From: the human T2T-CHM13v2.0 reference genome, Homo sapiens
Assembly: GCF_009914755.1 (NCBI RefSeq)
Contig: NC_060927.1
DNA length: 64,000 nucleotides
Direction: 5' to 3' (one strand)
Shown: positions 42,165 to 57,069 of the stretch, in pieces
How positions within the stretch are numbered: the stretch's first letter is position 1
Layout of the letters: the number at the start of each line of letters is the position of its first letter
The notes under the pieces: model-generated
The model's input: the letters and a program-made list of their open reading frames with translations, nothing else
What the model was told of the DNA's origin: nothing
Databases searched by the model: none
Position numbers and translations under genes: made by a program

Positions 42165-42600
42165 ATTTTTTAACTTTTATTTTGAATACTTCCAAACTAT
42201 AAAAAGTTTCAAGAGTGTACCAAGAACTCTTGTATTCCCTTTACTGAGATTCACAAATTTTTAATACCTTGCCACATTTGCTTTAACTTTCTTTCATTTT
42301 AAATATATACATTATAGATTTTGTTCTGAAGCACTTGAGAGTTTATTATATTTATCATCTTCTTTTACACCTTGATACTTTGATGTGCATTATCTAATGA
42401 GGATATTTCCTTTTATAAACACAGATTCAGACACTTGTATAATCAAATTTAGAAAACTTAATATAGATGCCATCCTTTAATCTATGTCAGTTCAAGAGCA
42501 TGTATTGTGTTTAATTGTTGTGTCTCTTTCATCTCTTAATCTGGGATGGTTTTCTGCCTTTCCTTATCATTGATAATATTAATATTTTTATATTATATAT
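42165..42600 (-). mobile_element. L1MC/ME 3'UTR fragment
   Basis: 'ttttattttgaatacttccaaactataaaaagtttcaagag...ttgccacatttgcttta'. Confidence 0.6.
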
Positions 42601-42780
42601 TTTATATTATAACATTAATATTTTTAAAGAGAATAAATCAGTTATTTTATTAAAATATGTAAATTTCATATAGTTCCACCTAATAAAACCAGGGATGGAT
42701 ATTTTTCTACATAGCTCCATTTTCTAGAATTGTCTTTATCCAAACTTTGTCCAGTTAAGTTTTTAACAAATGCTTTCTTG

Positions 42781-44260
42781 CCTCTCCCTCTCCCTCTCCC
42801 TCTCCGTCATCTCCATCTCCCACTTTCCACGGTCTCCCCCTCTCCCTCTCCGTCGTCTCCATCTCCCACTTTCCATGGTCTCCCCCTCTCCCTCATCTCT
42901 GTCTCCCACTTTCCACGGTCTCCCTCTGTTGCCGAGGTTGGACTGTACTGCCGCGATCTCGGCTCACTGCAACCTCCCTGCCTGATTCTCCTGCCTCAGC
43001 CTGCCGAGTGCCTGGGATTGCAGGCATGCGCTGCCATGCCTGACTGATTTTTGTATTTTTTGGTGGAGACAGGTTTTCGCCGTGTTGGCCGGGCTGGTCT
43101 CCAGCTCCTGACCGCGAGTGATCTGCCCGCCTAGGCCTCCCGAGGTGCCGGGATTGTAGAGGGAGTCTTGCTCACTCAGTGCTCAATGTTGCCCAGGCTG
43201 GAGTGCAGTGGCATGATCTCCGCTCACTACAACCTCTACCTCCCAGCCGCCTGCCTTGGCCTCCCAAAGTGCTGAGATTGCAGCCTCTGCCCGGCCGCCA
43301 CCCCATCTAGGAAGTGAGGAGCGTCTCTGCCTGGCTGCCTATCGTCTGGGATGTGAGGAGCCCCTCTGCCCGGCCGCCCAGTCTGGGAAGTGAGGAGCGC
43401 CTCTTCCCGGCCGCCACCCTGTCTAGGAAGAAGTGAGGAGAGTCTCTGCCTGGCTGCCCATCGTCTGGGATGTGGGGAGCGCCTCTGCCCGGCCGCCCCG
43501 TCTGGGATGTGAGGAGCACCTCTGCCTGGCCGTGACCCCGTCTGGGTACTGAGGAGCGCCTCTGCCTGGCCGCCCCGTCTGGGAGGTGGGGGGCACCCCC
43601 GCCCAGCAGCTGCCCCATCTGGGAGGTGGGGGGTGCCTCTGCCCAGCCGCCCCGTGTGGGGGGTGGGGGGCCCCTCTGCCCAGCCACCACGTCTGGGAAG
43701 TGAGGAGCCCCTCTGCCCGGCCGCCACCCAGTCTGGGAGGTGTACCCAACAGCTCATTGAGAATGGGCCATGATGACGATGGCGGTTTTGTCGAATAGAA
43801 AAGGGGGAAATGTGGGGAAAAGAAAGAGAGATCAGATTGTTACTGTGTCTGTGTAGAAAGAAGTAGACATAGGAGACTCCATTTTGTTCTGTACTAAGAA
43901 AAATTCTTCTGCCTTGGGATGCTGTTAATCTATAACCTTACCCCCAATCCCGTGCTCTCTGAAACATGTGCTGTGTCAACTCAGGTTTAAATGGATTAAG
44001 GGCGGTGCAAGATGTGCTTTGTTAAACAGATGCTTGAAGGCAGCATGCTCCTTAAGAGTCATCATCACTCCCTAATCTCAAGTACCCAGGGACACAAACA
44101 CTGCGGAAGGCCGCAGGGTCCTCTGCCTAGGAAAACCAGAGACCTTTGTTCACATGTTTATCTGCTGACCTTCTCTCCACTATTGTCCTATGACCCTGCC
44201 AAATCCCCCCTCTGAGAAACACCCAAGAATGATCAATAAATACTAAAAAAATTAAAAAAA
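42781..44260 (+). mobile_element. Full-length SVA retrotransposon (older, SVA_B/C-like)
   Basis: (CCCTCT)n start at 42781; antisense Alu-like domain ~42925-43275; VNTR ~43280-43740; SINE-R ~43741-44244 ending 'acccaagaatgatcaataaatac' plus short A tail; SINE-R variant 'aaagaaagagagatcagattgttact...gacatagg' is typical of older subfamilies. Confidence 0.97.
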
Positions 44261-44451
44261 GATAAACAATATTTAAAATAACTTATTTATTAACAACACA
44301 ATCTTTTTACTCTCACCCAAATATTAATTATGATACTCTTAGTGAATGGCAATGTGATTAAATGTGCTTCATTATTTTTGAAAATCTTGATTAACACTTT
44401 GTGATGCAGCAAAAAAAAAAACAAAAAAACAAAAAAAAAAATGATTTCTTG
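44261..44451 (+). other. SVA 3'-transduced sequence (44261-44410), second poly(A) (44411-44441) and right TSD
   Basis: Left TSD aacaaatgctttcttg (42765-42780) reappears as aaaaaatgatttcttg (44436-44451) only after the second A tract. Confidence 0.85.
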
Positions 44452-44634
44452 ATGACAATGTTAAAACTTAGATTAAAGTATTTCTTAGGAGAAATTACAA
44501 CAAAATTCCATGATATATAACAGCTTTCAACATAACATTTCCTCTTTCACTTTTCATCACTTCTTTGACAATAGCAGAAATATGTCTTGGCAAGTACATA
44601 AACTGAGAAAAAAACTATCTTGAAGACAACCAGA

Positions 44635-45767
<1,133 letters not shown>

Positions 45768-45768
<1 letters not shown>

Positions 45769-45778
45769 AAGATGGCCG
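45768..45778 (+). promoter_or_regulatory. YY1 site of the L1 internal promoter
   Basis: CAAGATGGCCG intact exactly at the inversion junction. Confidence 0.75.
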
Positions 45779-45945
45779 AATAAGAACAGCTCCAGTCTAC
45801 AGCTCCCAGCGTGAGTGACGCAGAAGACGGGTGATTTCTACATTTCCAACTGAGGTACCGGGATCATCTCACTGGGGCTTGTCAGACAGTGGGTGCAGGA
45901 CAGTGGGTGCAGTGCACCGAGCATAAGCTGAAGCAGGGCGAGGCA

Positions 45946-46209
45946 TCACCTCACCCGGGAAGTGCAAGGGGTCAGGGAATTCCCTTTCCTAGCCAAGCAA
46001 GGCTGTGACAGAAGGCACCTGGAAAATAGGGTCACTCCCACCTTAATACTGCGCTTTTCCAATGGTCTTAGCAAACGGCACACCAGGAGATTATATCCCG
46101 CGCATGGCTCAGAGGGTCCCATGCCCACGGAGCCTCACTCATTGCTAGCACAGCAGTCTAAGATTGAACTGCAAGGTGAAAGTGAGGCTGGGGGAGGGGT
46201 GCCCGCCAT
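45946..46209 (-). pseudogene. L1 ORF0 homologue with premature stop at codon 25
   Basis: ATG at 46209: MAGTPPPASLSPCSSILDCCASNE*, then in frame GSVGMGPSEPCAGYNLLVCRLLRPLEKRSIKVGVTLFSRC; resembles ORF0p as I recall it (MAGAPPPASLPPCSLISDCCASNQRDSVGVGPSEPG...). Confidence 0.8.
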
Positions 46210-49054
46210 TGCTGAGGCTTGAGTAGGTAAACAAAGTGACCAGGAACCTCGAACTGGGTGGAGCCCACCACAGCTCAAGGAGGCCTGCCTGCTCTGTAGA
46301 CTCCTCCTCTGGGGGCAGGGCATAGCCAAACAAAAGACAGTGGAAACCTCTGCAGACTTAAATGTCCTTGTCTGACAGCTTTGAAGAGAGCAGTGGTTCT
46401 CCCAGCATGGAGTTTGAGATCTGAGAACAGACAGACTGCCTCCTCAAGTGGGTCCTTGATCCCTGAGTAGCCTAACTGGGAGGCATCTCCCAGTAGGGGC
46501 CGACTGACACCTCACACGGCTGGGTGCCCCTCTGAGACAAAGCTTCTAGAGGAACGATCAGGTAGTAACATTTTTCTGTTCAGCAATATTCGCTGTTCTG
46601 CAGCCTCCGCTGCTGATACCCAGGCAAACAGGGTCTGGAGTGGACCTCCAGCAAACTCCAACAGACCTGTAGCTAAGGGTCCTGACTGTTAGAAGGAAAA
46701 CTAACAAACAGAAAGGACATCCACACCAAGACCCTATCTGTACGTCACCATCATCAAAGACCAAAGGTAGATAAAACCACAAAGATGGGGAAAAAACAGA
46801 GCAGAAAAGCTGAAAATTCTAAAAATCAGAGCACCTCTCCCCCTCCACAGGAACGCAGCTCCTTGCCAGCAATGGAACAAAACTGGACAGAGAATGACTT
46901 TGACGAGTTGAGAGAAGAAGGCTTAAGATGATCAAACTTCTCCGAATTGAGGGAATTATTTCTAGAGGATCTATGAATATCAGGATACCAGTGCACACTG
47001 TGATTTAGAACATATCACCATCATCATTGTCATCATCTCTTCTTAATCTTTAATAGTATAGCATTGTTTTATAATATGTAAGTATTACATTTTGGAAATC
47101 AAACTTTCTAAGAAATAAGACCCACAAATGATAGAAATAAAAAAGGCAATCATTGATTTCAAGTTGTTATTATAAGCTTTTAATCAACCTCAAAGAGAAA
47201 TTTAGATATATGTAAATATATACACCTAAATGCCTGAATGATTTATTGAATACCAACTAAAAACTATAAAACTACATATCAGTATTATAATACCTATGGA
47301 AATTATCAAATTAAGATGCTGATTAATTACATTGAATTATAACAAAAAAAGTGTAAGTGTGACTAGAAAATTTTCCTTTTTTTTAACACTTAAAATGAGT
47401 TTTATTTAAAAAAAAAAGTGGAAGTAACACTCAAGAATTGTCTAGGTTCATAGGTTAAGCATTGTTTAATCAGTTCTAATATCATTTTGAGCAGGAAAGA
47501 AAGGCCTAGGCCTATAGTAAGCAAAACTTCAATGGCTAACTCTCTATTTCTATATATTTTCTCTAGTAAAAAATCTACCCCATTTCCTAATTGCTTTTTT
47601 GAATATTTCCAATGCTATTTTTGAAGTCTGAAATACAATTTAAGACTTCTCTTAAAATAGAGAATGTATTATGTACTTAAAAATGTACACGTACAATGTA
47701 TTGAAAAATACATCGTAATTTTTACAATGGCAATGTCGTTAGAGTTTAAATTACTTGTTAGGCTGTAAATCTAGAGAGCTCTGTTTTAAAAATTGATTAC
47801 ATAATTTTTAGAAACACAGGTTTCAGAATTAATAACACTGATTTTTATAGCTATGTTTTTAAATAATTATAATTTAATAAAGGATTATTGCTCCACCATA
47901 TGTATTTATCATCATTTCCATTATTGTCAAAATCATTTTATAATTTTACCTTTTAAGAAATAAAGTATTATATATTAGATGGTCTTTTTAAGTCACAAAT
48001 AAAAATTAAAACTTACTATTTAGAGGAGTGGTGAATTTAATCACTCTAGAAAATTTAATTTAAGAAAACACTGAACCACCAATTATAGTGAAATGTTTGC
48101 CAATATTGTCTTCAGCTTAACCTTGACTTATTCCACATATTTTATGCCTCCAATGTTGAAGTGACTATTATCTTTTTGGTTTCCTGTTGACAATAGGGTT
48201 GGGGTTAGCCGGCCCCTGCCCCCCACAACTTGAAGTTGATGGCTAAAATCAGCTTTATGGTTTGGACCTATGCTCCTCTTCTCTCACATTGTTTTCATAA
48301 CTGGACTTTGTCCTATGCAGAGTGTTTTGTGATATTTAGTAAGCCTGACACCCTCCTCTAAATATCCAAACTCCCCTTGATTGTAGAGGATCATAGGGAT
48401 ATCTTCAACATATGGATAGATTTAAGATCAAAATTTGTTCATTCTACTAATTTACTATACTAAACTCTTATAACCAGGTTGCCATCTTTAACTTTGCTGC
48501 GTATCTGCTAAAAGTAGTTGGGTGGTATTTAAACAGTATAGAGATATTGGGCCTCACTAGATAGGGTTGCTTATCACAGAATATTAATGCCTCAAGTTGA
48601 AAGATACTAGTTTCTGAAGAAATCACCTAAATTTGCTTCCTCCTTGCTCTCAATAAAGTGTCCTATAATTTAATATAGAATATTTATTTTTGTGGTGTTG
48701 AGAAGAGGACTAATTTGGAAGCGATATAAGTGATATAATTGGTGAGGATTTGGACGATTTAAAATTTATTATTATTTTGTGCAGAAGTTTTAGAAACCAT
48801 AGTAACTATATACATAATGATAGAATATATCAGGAAGTAAAAAACATTTCCAAACTTCAGCAGACCATACTGCTTTTTATTGTCAGACTATTACCTACAT
48901 AATCATTGTGTAGGCATAAGGATAATAAATCCTGTAAGATAACTATATTTTATAGAAATGAACTGTCAACTCAGCTTCTTGTTGGCTAAATAACTTACAG
49001 TGTATTGAACCTCAGGTAATAATTACAATCTCTAAAAAACATGTTTTAAGTGAA

Positions 49055-49250
49055 CCAGTAAGTACAAAAATGAATGAAATGTATATTTTAGGTCAAAAAG
49101 TTACAATATCTGTAACTAAGAAAAAAATACACTGGATGTTCTAAATAGCAAGATGAAAATGACAGAGGAAAGAGTCTATAAATGTCAATAGATGCTTATG
49201 CAAATTATCCAAAAAAGTACAGTGAACAAAAAGACTGAAAGAAAATTTTA
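49055..49250 (+). mobile_element. Ancient L1M ORF1 fragment
   Basis: 'tacactggatgttctaaatagcaagatgaaaatgacagaggaaagagtc...aaattatccaa'. Confidence 0.6.
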
Positions 49251-51326
49251 GAATAATTAAATTCAAACATGCTGTTCAAGAAATGAAAAGGTTCAAGTGA
49301 ACTTTTCCTAATTAATACTAAATTTTAAAATATCTGTGTGCTATTTCATAAAATGTATTTAAGCAATATTTATTTCCTGTGACTCATTTTTAAAATCATT
49401 ATTTAGCAAAATCAAAGCTACTTTATCAACCCCTGTATAATTTAATATCATAAATAATTTGTATGAAAACAAATATTTTTCAAATATACCAGCTAGCTGC
49501 ACTGTTTTTTACGTGATATTGAAATTAAAATAATGGTGGATGAGGCCCAAGAAAACACATGGCAAGTATTTTCAAGTGCCTAGTACCTGTTTTCCAGATA
49601 TAGGAAAGTGTAATGAATAAAGTTTAATGAGAAATTGACATTTAATTAAATACTTATTTGCTGTTGCAATGCTCTTTATTTTGTTTCCTTGTTTTGAATT
49701 TTTTATTTTGATTGACACAATATATCATTATCTAACACAATATTATGATCTAATATACAGTCTACATATAAGTTAGGAGTTTTTTTTTTTTTTTTTTTTA
49801 GAAGGAAATTTTTTAGGGGAAGCTTTGATAGTCTCTGAATCTCCTTTCCCTCCTTCTCTATGGAGAAATGATAGAATGTGCTTTTACTTTCAGGTCAAGC
49901 CTGGAAAAGATTCACCAATGTAACACCTAGAACATTTGATTTATATTTTGGAGCTACTGATTTTTGTTTGGGGAATCAGAAGGATTGGGAACTGTTGATG
50001 GCCAGTGTTGTAATGATAAAGCTGTTCTTGAATTGATGACTGCCTACACTTCCAATTTTTGGGGGGATTAAGGGGCACATAAAAAAAGGACATACATGTT
50101 TCCTGTGGATCACATGTAGACTACTCAAGACACCAGTGGCAAGAGGTTGTTTTGGATTTTGACCAGTATTTTGAACTACAGTTCAAGGAGCTCCAAAAGA
50201 AGCTCATTTCCAGAGGAAACAATTGTTAAGTGATTGGGTGGGTGTTAAAAAAACAAACAAACAAACAAACTGAAGGTGAGACATGACCCACGATGGAGTG
50301 TCTTCAAAGAACATGTAGTAGGAGACATCGGAGAGAAGGTTTAGCTTTGAACATTAGCCAAACCCCCAAAGCACGTAAATCATCTCATGATAGCATTACA
50401 CAATAAGTACATTTCACTGCTTCATTTCACTGTTTGCCTGCTCCAAATTAAAGCAAATAAATAGCCTATTGAGTGGAGAATGTGAGTAAGCACTACAAAT
50501 TTTATTAGTTACACTTTCAAAAATGTAGTTTTGGATACGAATTCTGAGCATGTGGTAAAGAAATGTCATAAATACTCTGGCCATGTTGTCTCTCAGTATT
50601 TTTAAACCCTGTGAAACCAATAGCTCATTGGCTACCTCTCTGTTTGAGACTGATGAAGCAAATTACCAATTCTGATGCAGCTGTCTTCTAGTTATGTAAC
50701 TCTCAGACTTTCGGATTGTCTGTGTGCCACTGTTAGATCTTCTGCTTTGCATGATTTTAATTTGTGCTGTAGATTACTGCAAATCTCATTAACCCTCACT
50801 ACTTTTCTGCTTAGTTCATGCTCCCATTTTATAAGCACTTTCAAATCTCATTCCAATATATTAGTGTTGCTGCACTAACATAGTATCTCCTTACAAAAAT
50901 TCTGTGCTTTAGAAAGTCAGTTTTCTTGACTTTATAACCTTTCTCTTTACACTACACTAATTTAGCATTCAGTCATATAAGAAATTTTCAGAGTCTGTGT
51001 CTTTTCATTAGGAAAGTTGGATGTATTTTTCTTCAATAGCCAACTTTGATGACCTTGGTCTTATCTTATTAAATTGCTACATCGAACTGTTACCTGTACC
51101 CTTCAAATCACAGGACGTGAAGTACCACTCTATTAAGCACTCTTTATGATACACTAAAGGTTGAACAAAGATAGTGTGTCATGTTTCCAACATAATGTTC
51201 AGTATTCAAGTCTTTATATTTCTCAAAGCACAGTGTGAGTCACCTGAGAAAACTCAATAAATGTAAGTTAAATATATTGATATTGAGACTAATTATGATC
51301 AAAATTTATTAACGGGTAACTGAATA

Positions 51327-51663
51327 TAGTCATGCATCACTTAAAGATGGGTACTTATTCTGTGAAATGTGTCATTTAGTGATTTTATCATTGTGCAAAC
51401 ATTAAAAAGTGTACTTACACAAACCTAGACAGTACAGCTCACTAAACACCTGGGCTATATAGTATAGCCTGTTTCTTCTAGGTTACAAACCTATACTTCA
51501 TGTTACTAAACTAAATATTGTAGGCAAATGCAAGACAAAGGTAACTATTTGTGTATCTAAACATTAAAATGGTACAGTTAAAATACAGTATTATGATCCA
51601 ATGGGACTATCATCACACACGCAGCCCTGGCATTGGTTGAAACATCATCATATGGTTCAACTG
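51327..51663 (+). mobile_element. Tigger3a-like (TcMar-Tigger) MITE
   Basis: ta|(t)agtcatgcatcactt ... caactg|ta with TA TSD; internal 'gtgtacttacacaaacctaga', 'ctaggttacaaacctatac'. Confidence 0.88.
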
Positions 51664-53644
51664 TAAGTAGGATACAAGTGAGAGTCAAGGACTAAAAACA
51701 ACATGGACACTGAATGTGTTGAACCAAAATCAGCCATGCTAAATGTACAACTCAGTCAATTTTATATTGATTTCTAATGATGATCCATTAAATTTTCTAG
51801 AACTTATTTAATTTTCCACTTCCCATGTCAACCATTTGCTCTACACAGATGACAATCCTCTTATTACATTGAAATGGTCAGAGAACATGTCAATTATCTG
51901 TTACTTCCTATCCACCTCCAAATTTTATTGAATTTTTATTCTTACAGTAAGGATTTTTTCCTCTTTTTCAAGTACTGCGTTTTATTTCTTTTGACTTTAT
52001 TGATAATTGTCTCTTTTTGTATCTTGTCCTATTTATCTATCAAACCATTTTTGAACTTCAAGTGTTTATAAAGTTTAACTATAATAAATGAATCATTGAG
52101 AATTATTGGCTGAATGTACTCATTATCCAGGTACTTCTAAACCTTGCTTCTTGGTGTCTATCTCTACCACTTTGTAAAATGTTTCTCTTAAAGGTGTTCA
52201 TTGTTTCCTCTTCTCAGTTTACATCCCTTTGACTACCAGGAACCATTAACATTACTGATCAATTTCTTATAGTTTAATTTAGTTCAACAAATAACAATCT
52301 ATCAATTATGTTTCTGAAGCTAACTGACTGATAAGGCCACCGATTTTTTTTTCTTGCATACAACCTCAGGTTGCTTTAATAACTTTGGAGTTTCAGAAAA
52401 ATTGAGTATCAAATGAACACTTAACTCTCCATGTATAATTTCTCAGAAAGAAGGCTTTATCTTGTGCCTTCAATGCTGAATTGTGTAAGTATGCTCACTA
52501 TGATACTTTCATGATGAGAAAATTGACTTATTCTGGTGGACAACTCTAATTCACACATTGGCTTTTCAATTAAGAGAGATTAAAAGAAGAAAAATTCTGT
52601 GGCACTTGAATTCCCTATGAATATATAAATATTATGATGCTGCTTTCCAATATGCTGACTTATATGCATATAATTTGAGTATTACTTTAAGCCTAATCCC
52701 CAACTTTTTGAAGTTACACTTTTTTACTAAAAATGCATTTTAAAAACTCTTTGAATCAATTTAAATGCTTGCTTCTTGAGGAGATAATGCATATTAAAAA
52801 GGTAGTTATGAAATTTACATAGAATTGTATATATTTAACATAAACTTAACATGGCCTCTAAACGTTATTAATAGTTGTCTTCATTTAGATGGATCACATG
52901 GTATTAACATACATTATCTAAAAGATTAATTAACGGATATTTAAAAAGCCACACCCTTTCTTTCCTTTTATAGTACAAAGATCTGTAAGATAACATGCTC
53001 AGGAGTAAAATTTAACAAGTACTATTTATTGATTGTATAACTTTAATATAATCTATACCCATTTTGCATATCTATGACGATTTTAAAATTTCACAATTAT
53101 GAATCACCAAGGGCATCTGCAATCAAGAGATAATTTGTGTATGGCCTTTTCCTATACCTAGCTCACTTTTCTTTGCAGATTTAAATAAATGGGTTATTCA
53201 GATCTATAACACAGTACAGTATTTATCTAAACTTGTGCTGACTCTGCAGATGTCATTTGGAATTTTTTAAATGCTCATGTTTAAACAAGAAACCTACATA
53301 ATTAATTTGCAAATCACCCTTCATTATTCCAAGTTTAAATTAAGAAAATAATGCCTAAAGGAAATGCAGACTAAAAGCCTGCTTCTGGTCACACTGTTTC
53401 CACAGGGAATTTATAATCTGTCAATTTTTGTAGGGCATCATTGCCTTAATTTAAATTTGAAGAAATTTAGGATGAGTTCTTAAAGTTGCTCTGTGTATTT
53501 GTAGAAACGGGCATTTATATTTTTCCTTCATTAAATACAAGTAAAACTTTCCAAACACTGATCTAATTGTGGTATTTTGGTAATATTTATTGTCATATTT
53601 TTTCTCAAACTTCAGAATGGGAATCTTAACAAAGCTAACAATAA

Positions 53645-53976
<332 letters not shown>

Positions 53977-54834
53977 CATCTTTGCCTTTTTATGAAGTCT
54001 CTTTCTTCAATAAGTTTGTTATTAGGCACATGTTATCTCTTGTGGCATGAAATGACAAACAGCAATAAAATTGGCCCACTGAGAAATATCTTAGACCTAA
54101 AATTCCACAACTCCTGTGAGCAGCATAAGTTATTGAGAACCTGCATCAACTTTTAGTGACTAAAAGTCAAACATAAAGTGACATCCAGAAAGGGTGTGTC
54201 AGAAAACAGATGTAAGTCCAGAGAAACAATATGCATAAGGAAGAGCCAGACGTGAAAAATTCTTGAGTATAGCTAAGGGATTCTGGCAACAGGAAGATTT
54301 GGAACAATCAAGAATGGAATACTCAATAGGCAGCAAGCTTTCCATAGGCTCTGAGGTCAGACATTTGATTCTAAACCTTGAGGACACAAGCAAAAGGTAA
54401 GAGAAAAATCTTCAATGAAAGAAACACAGGGCAAAATATTAAAACAATGGCCCAAATTTAGGAAAATAAAAAGACATAGGAATAACAACGGAAGGAATAT
54501 TAAGGTAGATTATAGATCTAAAAACGAGCAAAGATTCATTATTACACCTGGGATATGAAGACAGAGTGAGAACAGCAAATTTAAGTTGATGAATGGTCTT
54601 TTGAATATGAAAATAAATGTTTCCTACAGATACTATTGTAACCAGAGATTCAACATGGATAGACTACTAGTTAACTATCAAATACATATTGATAGTGAGA
54701 GCTAAAGAAGCCCTGTGAAATATAGATTTAAATAAACTGTTTCAGTGAAAATGTTAACATTTTAAAAAATATAATTTAATACAAAATATTTAAGTCTATG
54801 AGAAAAATATAAACTATTTTGTGTTCATATGAAA

Positions 54835-56230
54835 AACAATTTTAATTCTTTAAAAATGTACAGTTAATGTAAAATTAATTGCACGTGAATTGCAATTTAA
54901 TACAATTTGACAAACATATACCGTATCGCCACAATAAAGATAATGTACATATCCATCGTCCTTCAAAAGTCTCTTAGTTTCCTTATTAATCCCTCCTTCT
55001 TTCTACTCCCAGCACCTTATCCAGACTCAAGGCAAACACTGATTTACTCTCTGTTATAGATTTGTTATTATTTTCTAGATTTTAATATCAAGATACTTAC
55101 AAAGTATATATATATTTTGTCTGATTTTTTGACTCAGCATAATTATTTTGAGATTCATCTATGTTGCTACTTCAGTAGTCTACTTCTTTCTATTGCTGAG
55201 TAGTATACCATTATATGAATATACCGAAAATATTTTTATCAATTTACCTGTTAATGGAAATTTAGACTATTTTCTGTTAACATATTAGTAAAATGCTGAT
55301 AATTCAGTAAGTGTACGTTTAACTTTTTAAGAAACTGTCAAACTATTTTTCAAACTGTGTGTATCATTTTACTTATGCACCAGCAATGAAAATGTTCAAT
55401 AGGTCTTTATCTCTATTAACACTTGTTAGAGTGATTTTTTTTTAATTTTAGACATTCCTTTTTATGTAATTTATATACAAATTCAACACAATCCTAATCA
55501 CATTCCCATGGTTTTACTTGTAGAGATCTACAAGCCGATCTTGTATATAGAAGCAAAAAAGTAGAGTAATCAAAACAATTTTGAAAGCAAAGAGCAAAGG
55601 TTGATAATTTACATTTCCCAATTTCAAAGATATGAAGATAGTGTGATATTTTTATGAGAACAGACATATCAATTAATAGATGAATAGATCTGGATGCAAA
55701 GTCCAAAAATAGACTTTATGTTTATTGTCGGTTGATTTTTGTGAATAGGTCAAGGAAAATAAATGAAGAAGAGAAAATTCACTTTAAGAAATTGTGCTGG
55801 TCAATGGAATTTGCAAAAAAATTGAGCCTACTCTTAAATGTAAGCACTAAAACCATAAATTATGTAGAAAAAATATAGAAGAAAACTTTAGTTGTTTTGG
55901 ATTAGGCAAAGGCAGACATATATATTCACACATATATATGACCCTAAAATAATAAAAGAATAATCGGTAAAAGAAAAAATTATAAATTAGACTATATCAA
56001 AATTAATATACCTATTTTTCTAATAATACGGCTTTGAAAAATTTATAAGACAGGTCATAGCCTGAGTAAACATATTTGCAAATCATATATCTGCTAAAGA
56101 ACGTGTATTCATAAAATAAAAGGCAAACTTACAACTAACTAATAAGAAGACAATCCAGTTTAAAAAAAATGGCCAAAGAATTAAATAAATATTTTACCAA
56201 AAATATTTATATATGATGAATAGCACATGT
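54835..56230. mobile_element. Old L1M (MC/MD-like) with internal inversion: 3' part on - (54835-55467), upstream ORF2 part on + (55468-56230)
   Basis: Minus piece ends 'ttttaattttagacattc'; plus piece runs from 'aaattcaacacaatcctaatcacattccc' to 'gaatagcacatg'. Confidence 0.75.
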
Positions 56231-57069
56231 TTCATTGGATAATTTCTATTATTACATATTCAAAGTCACCATTCCTTTCTTCTGTATTTTCTACTCTGTT
56301 TTTAATCTCATATAAAGGATTTTTGAAAAATCTTAGACATTTTATTTTTTATAAGTTTTATTTGAATCTTTCCACTTCTCCTATGTCACTACTGAAACAT
56401 TTTAAATGCTTCCTCTACCTTCTTGAACATATGAATTATAATAATTTTAATGTAATTGTATACTAAGCCTAACATCTGTTTCATTTTTCTATTAATTTTG
56501 ATTTTTTAACCATCCCCTCATTCCCACTAACAACACTTAACTGCCATATATTTCACTGATTTGGTTTTCCTCATCCATTTAACTTTTCTTTTCTCCTTTT
56601 TCTTCTTCTAGCTAGTACATAAATATAAAAAACTTGCATTCATCTCTGTTTAACACTATTTCCTTCTTTTCATAGTATACCTATGTAATATTGTTTCTTT
56701 TCTTGACTTCAGAGATTTCCAGAATTTTATTTGCTTTCTGTGTGCCTAAAAGAAATATTTTACTGTATCTGCTCTCTGCTATTATTCACTTCATGTATGC
56801 ACTTTTTCTTTCTTTCTCTATCCGATCACCCATGAGATATCTATGCATTTATGTGCAAATAGAATTGATTTTTGTACTTCCAAATCTGTTTTCCATCTTA
56901 CATTTTTTCTTGGTCTGTCTGCTAGATTACAGCATGTTCTTATGATCAGTCTTGTTAACTTGGAAAAGGTTGCTTAAGTTTTCCATTATAATACTAATAT
57001 CCAGTTACCTTATCTGTACAATTAGACATTAATTACATTATTTCATTCACTGAAACTGACATAAGATCC

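Noticed and set aside
43280-43740. Repeat-spacer-like array resembling CRISPR
   Set aside because: Units are 35-50 bp degenerate tandem copies without unique spacers; it is the SVA VNTR in primate DNA with no cas genes.
43236-43798. Several overlapping 70-173 aa ORFs with repeated LTSQTG motifs
   Set aside because: Readings of the GC-rich, stop-poor SVA VNTR, not genes.
49881-50230. Acceptor ttttactttcag followed by coding-looking sequence (…FELQFKELQKKLISRG)
   Set aside because: Early stop after the acceptor, only ~48 open codons, no matching donor and no family recognised.
53977-53977. Extra base between the AluY 5' end and its TSD
   Set aside because: Most simply a T/C substitution in a 15-bp TSD (tatc vs catc).
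54199-54402. ~53 open codons on plus ending at donor AAG|GTAAGA, with a 64-aa ORF opposite
   Set aside because: No upstream acceptor or polypyrimidine tract and no recognisable peptide.
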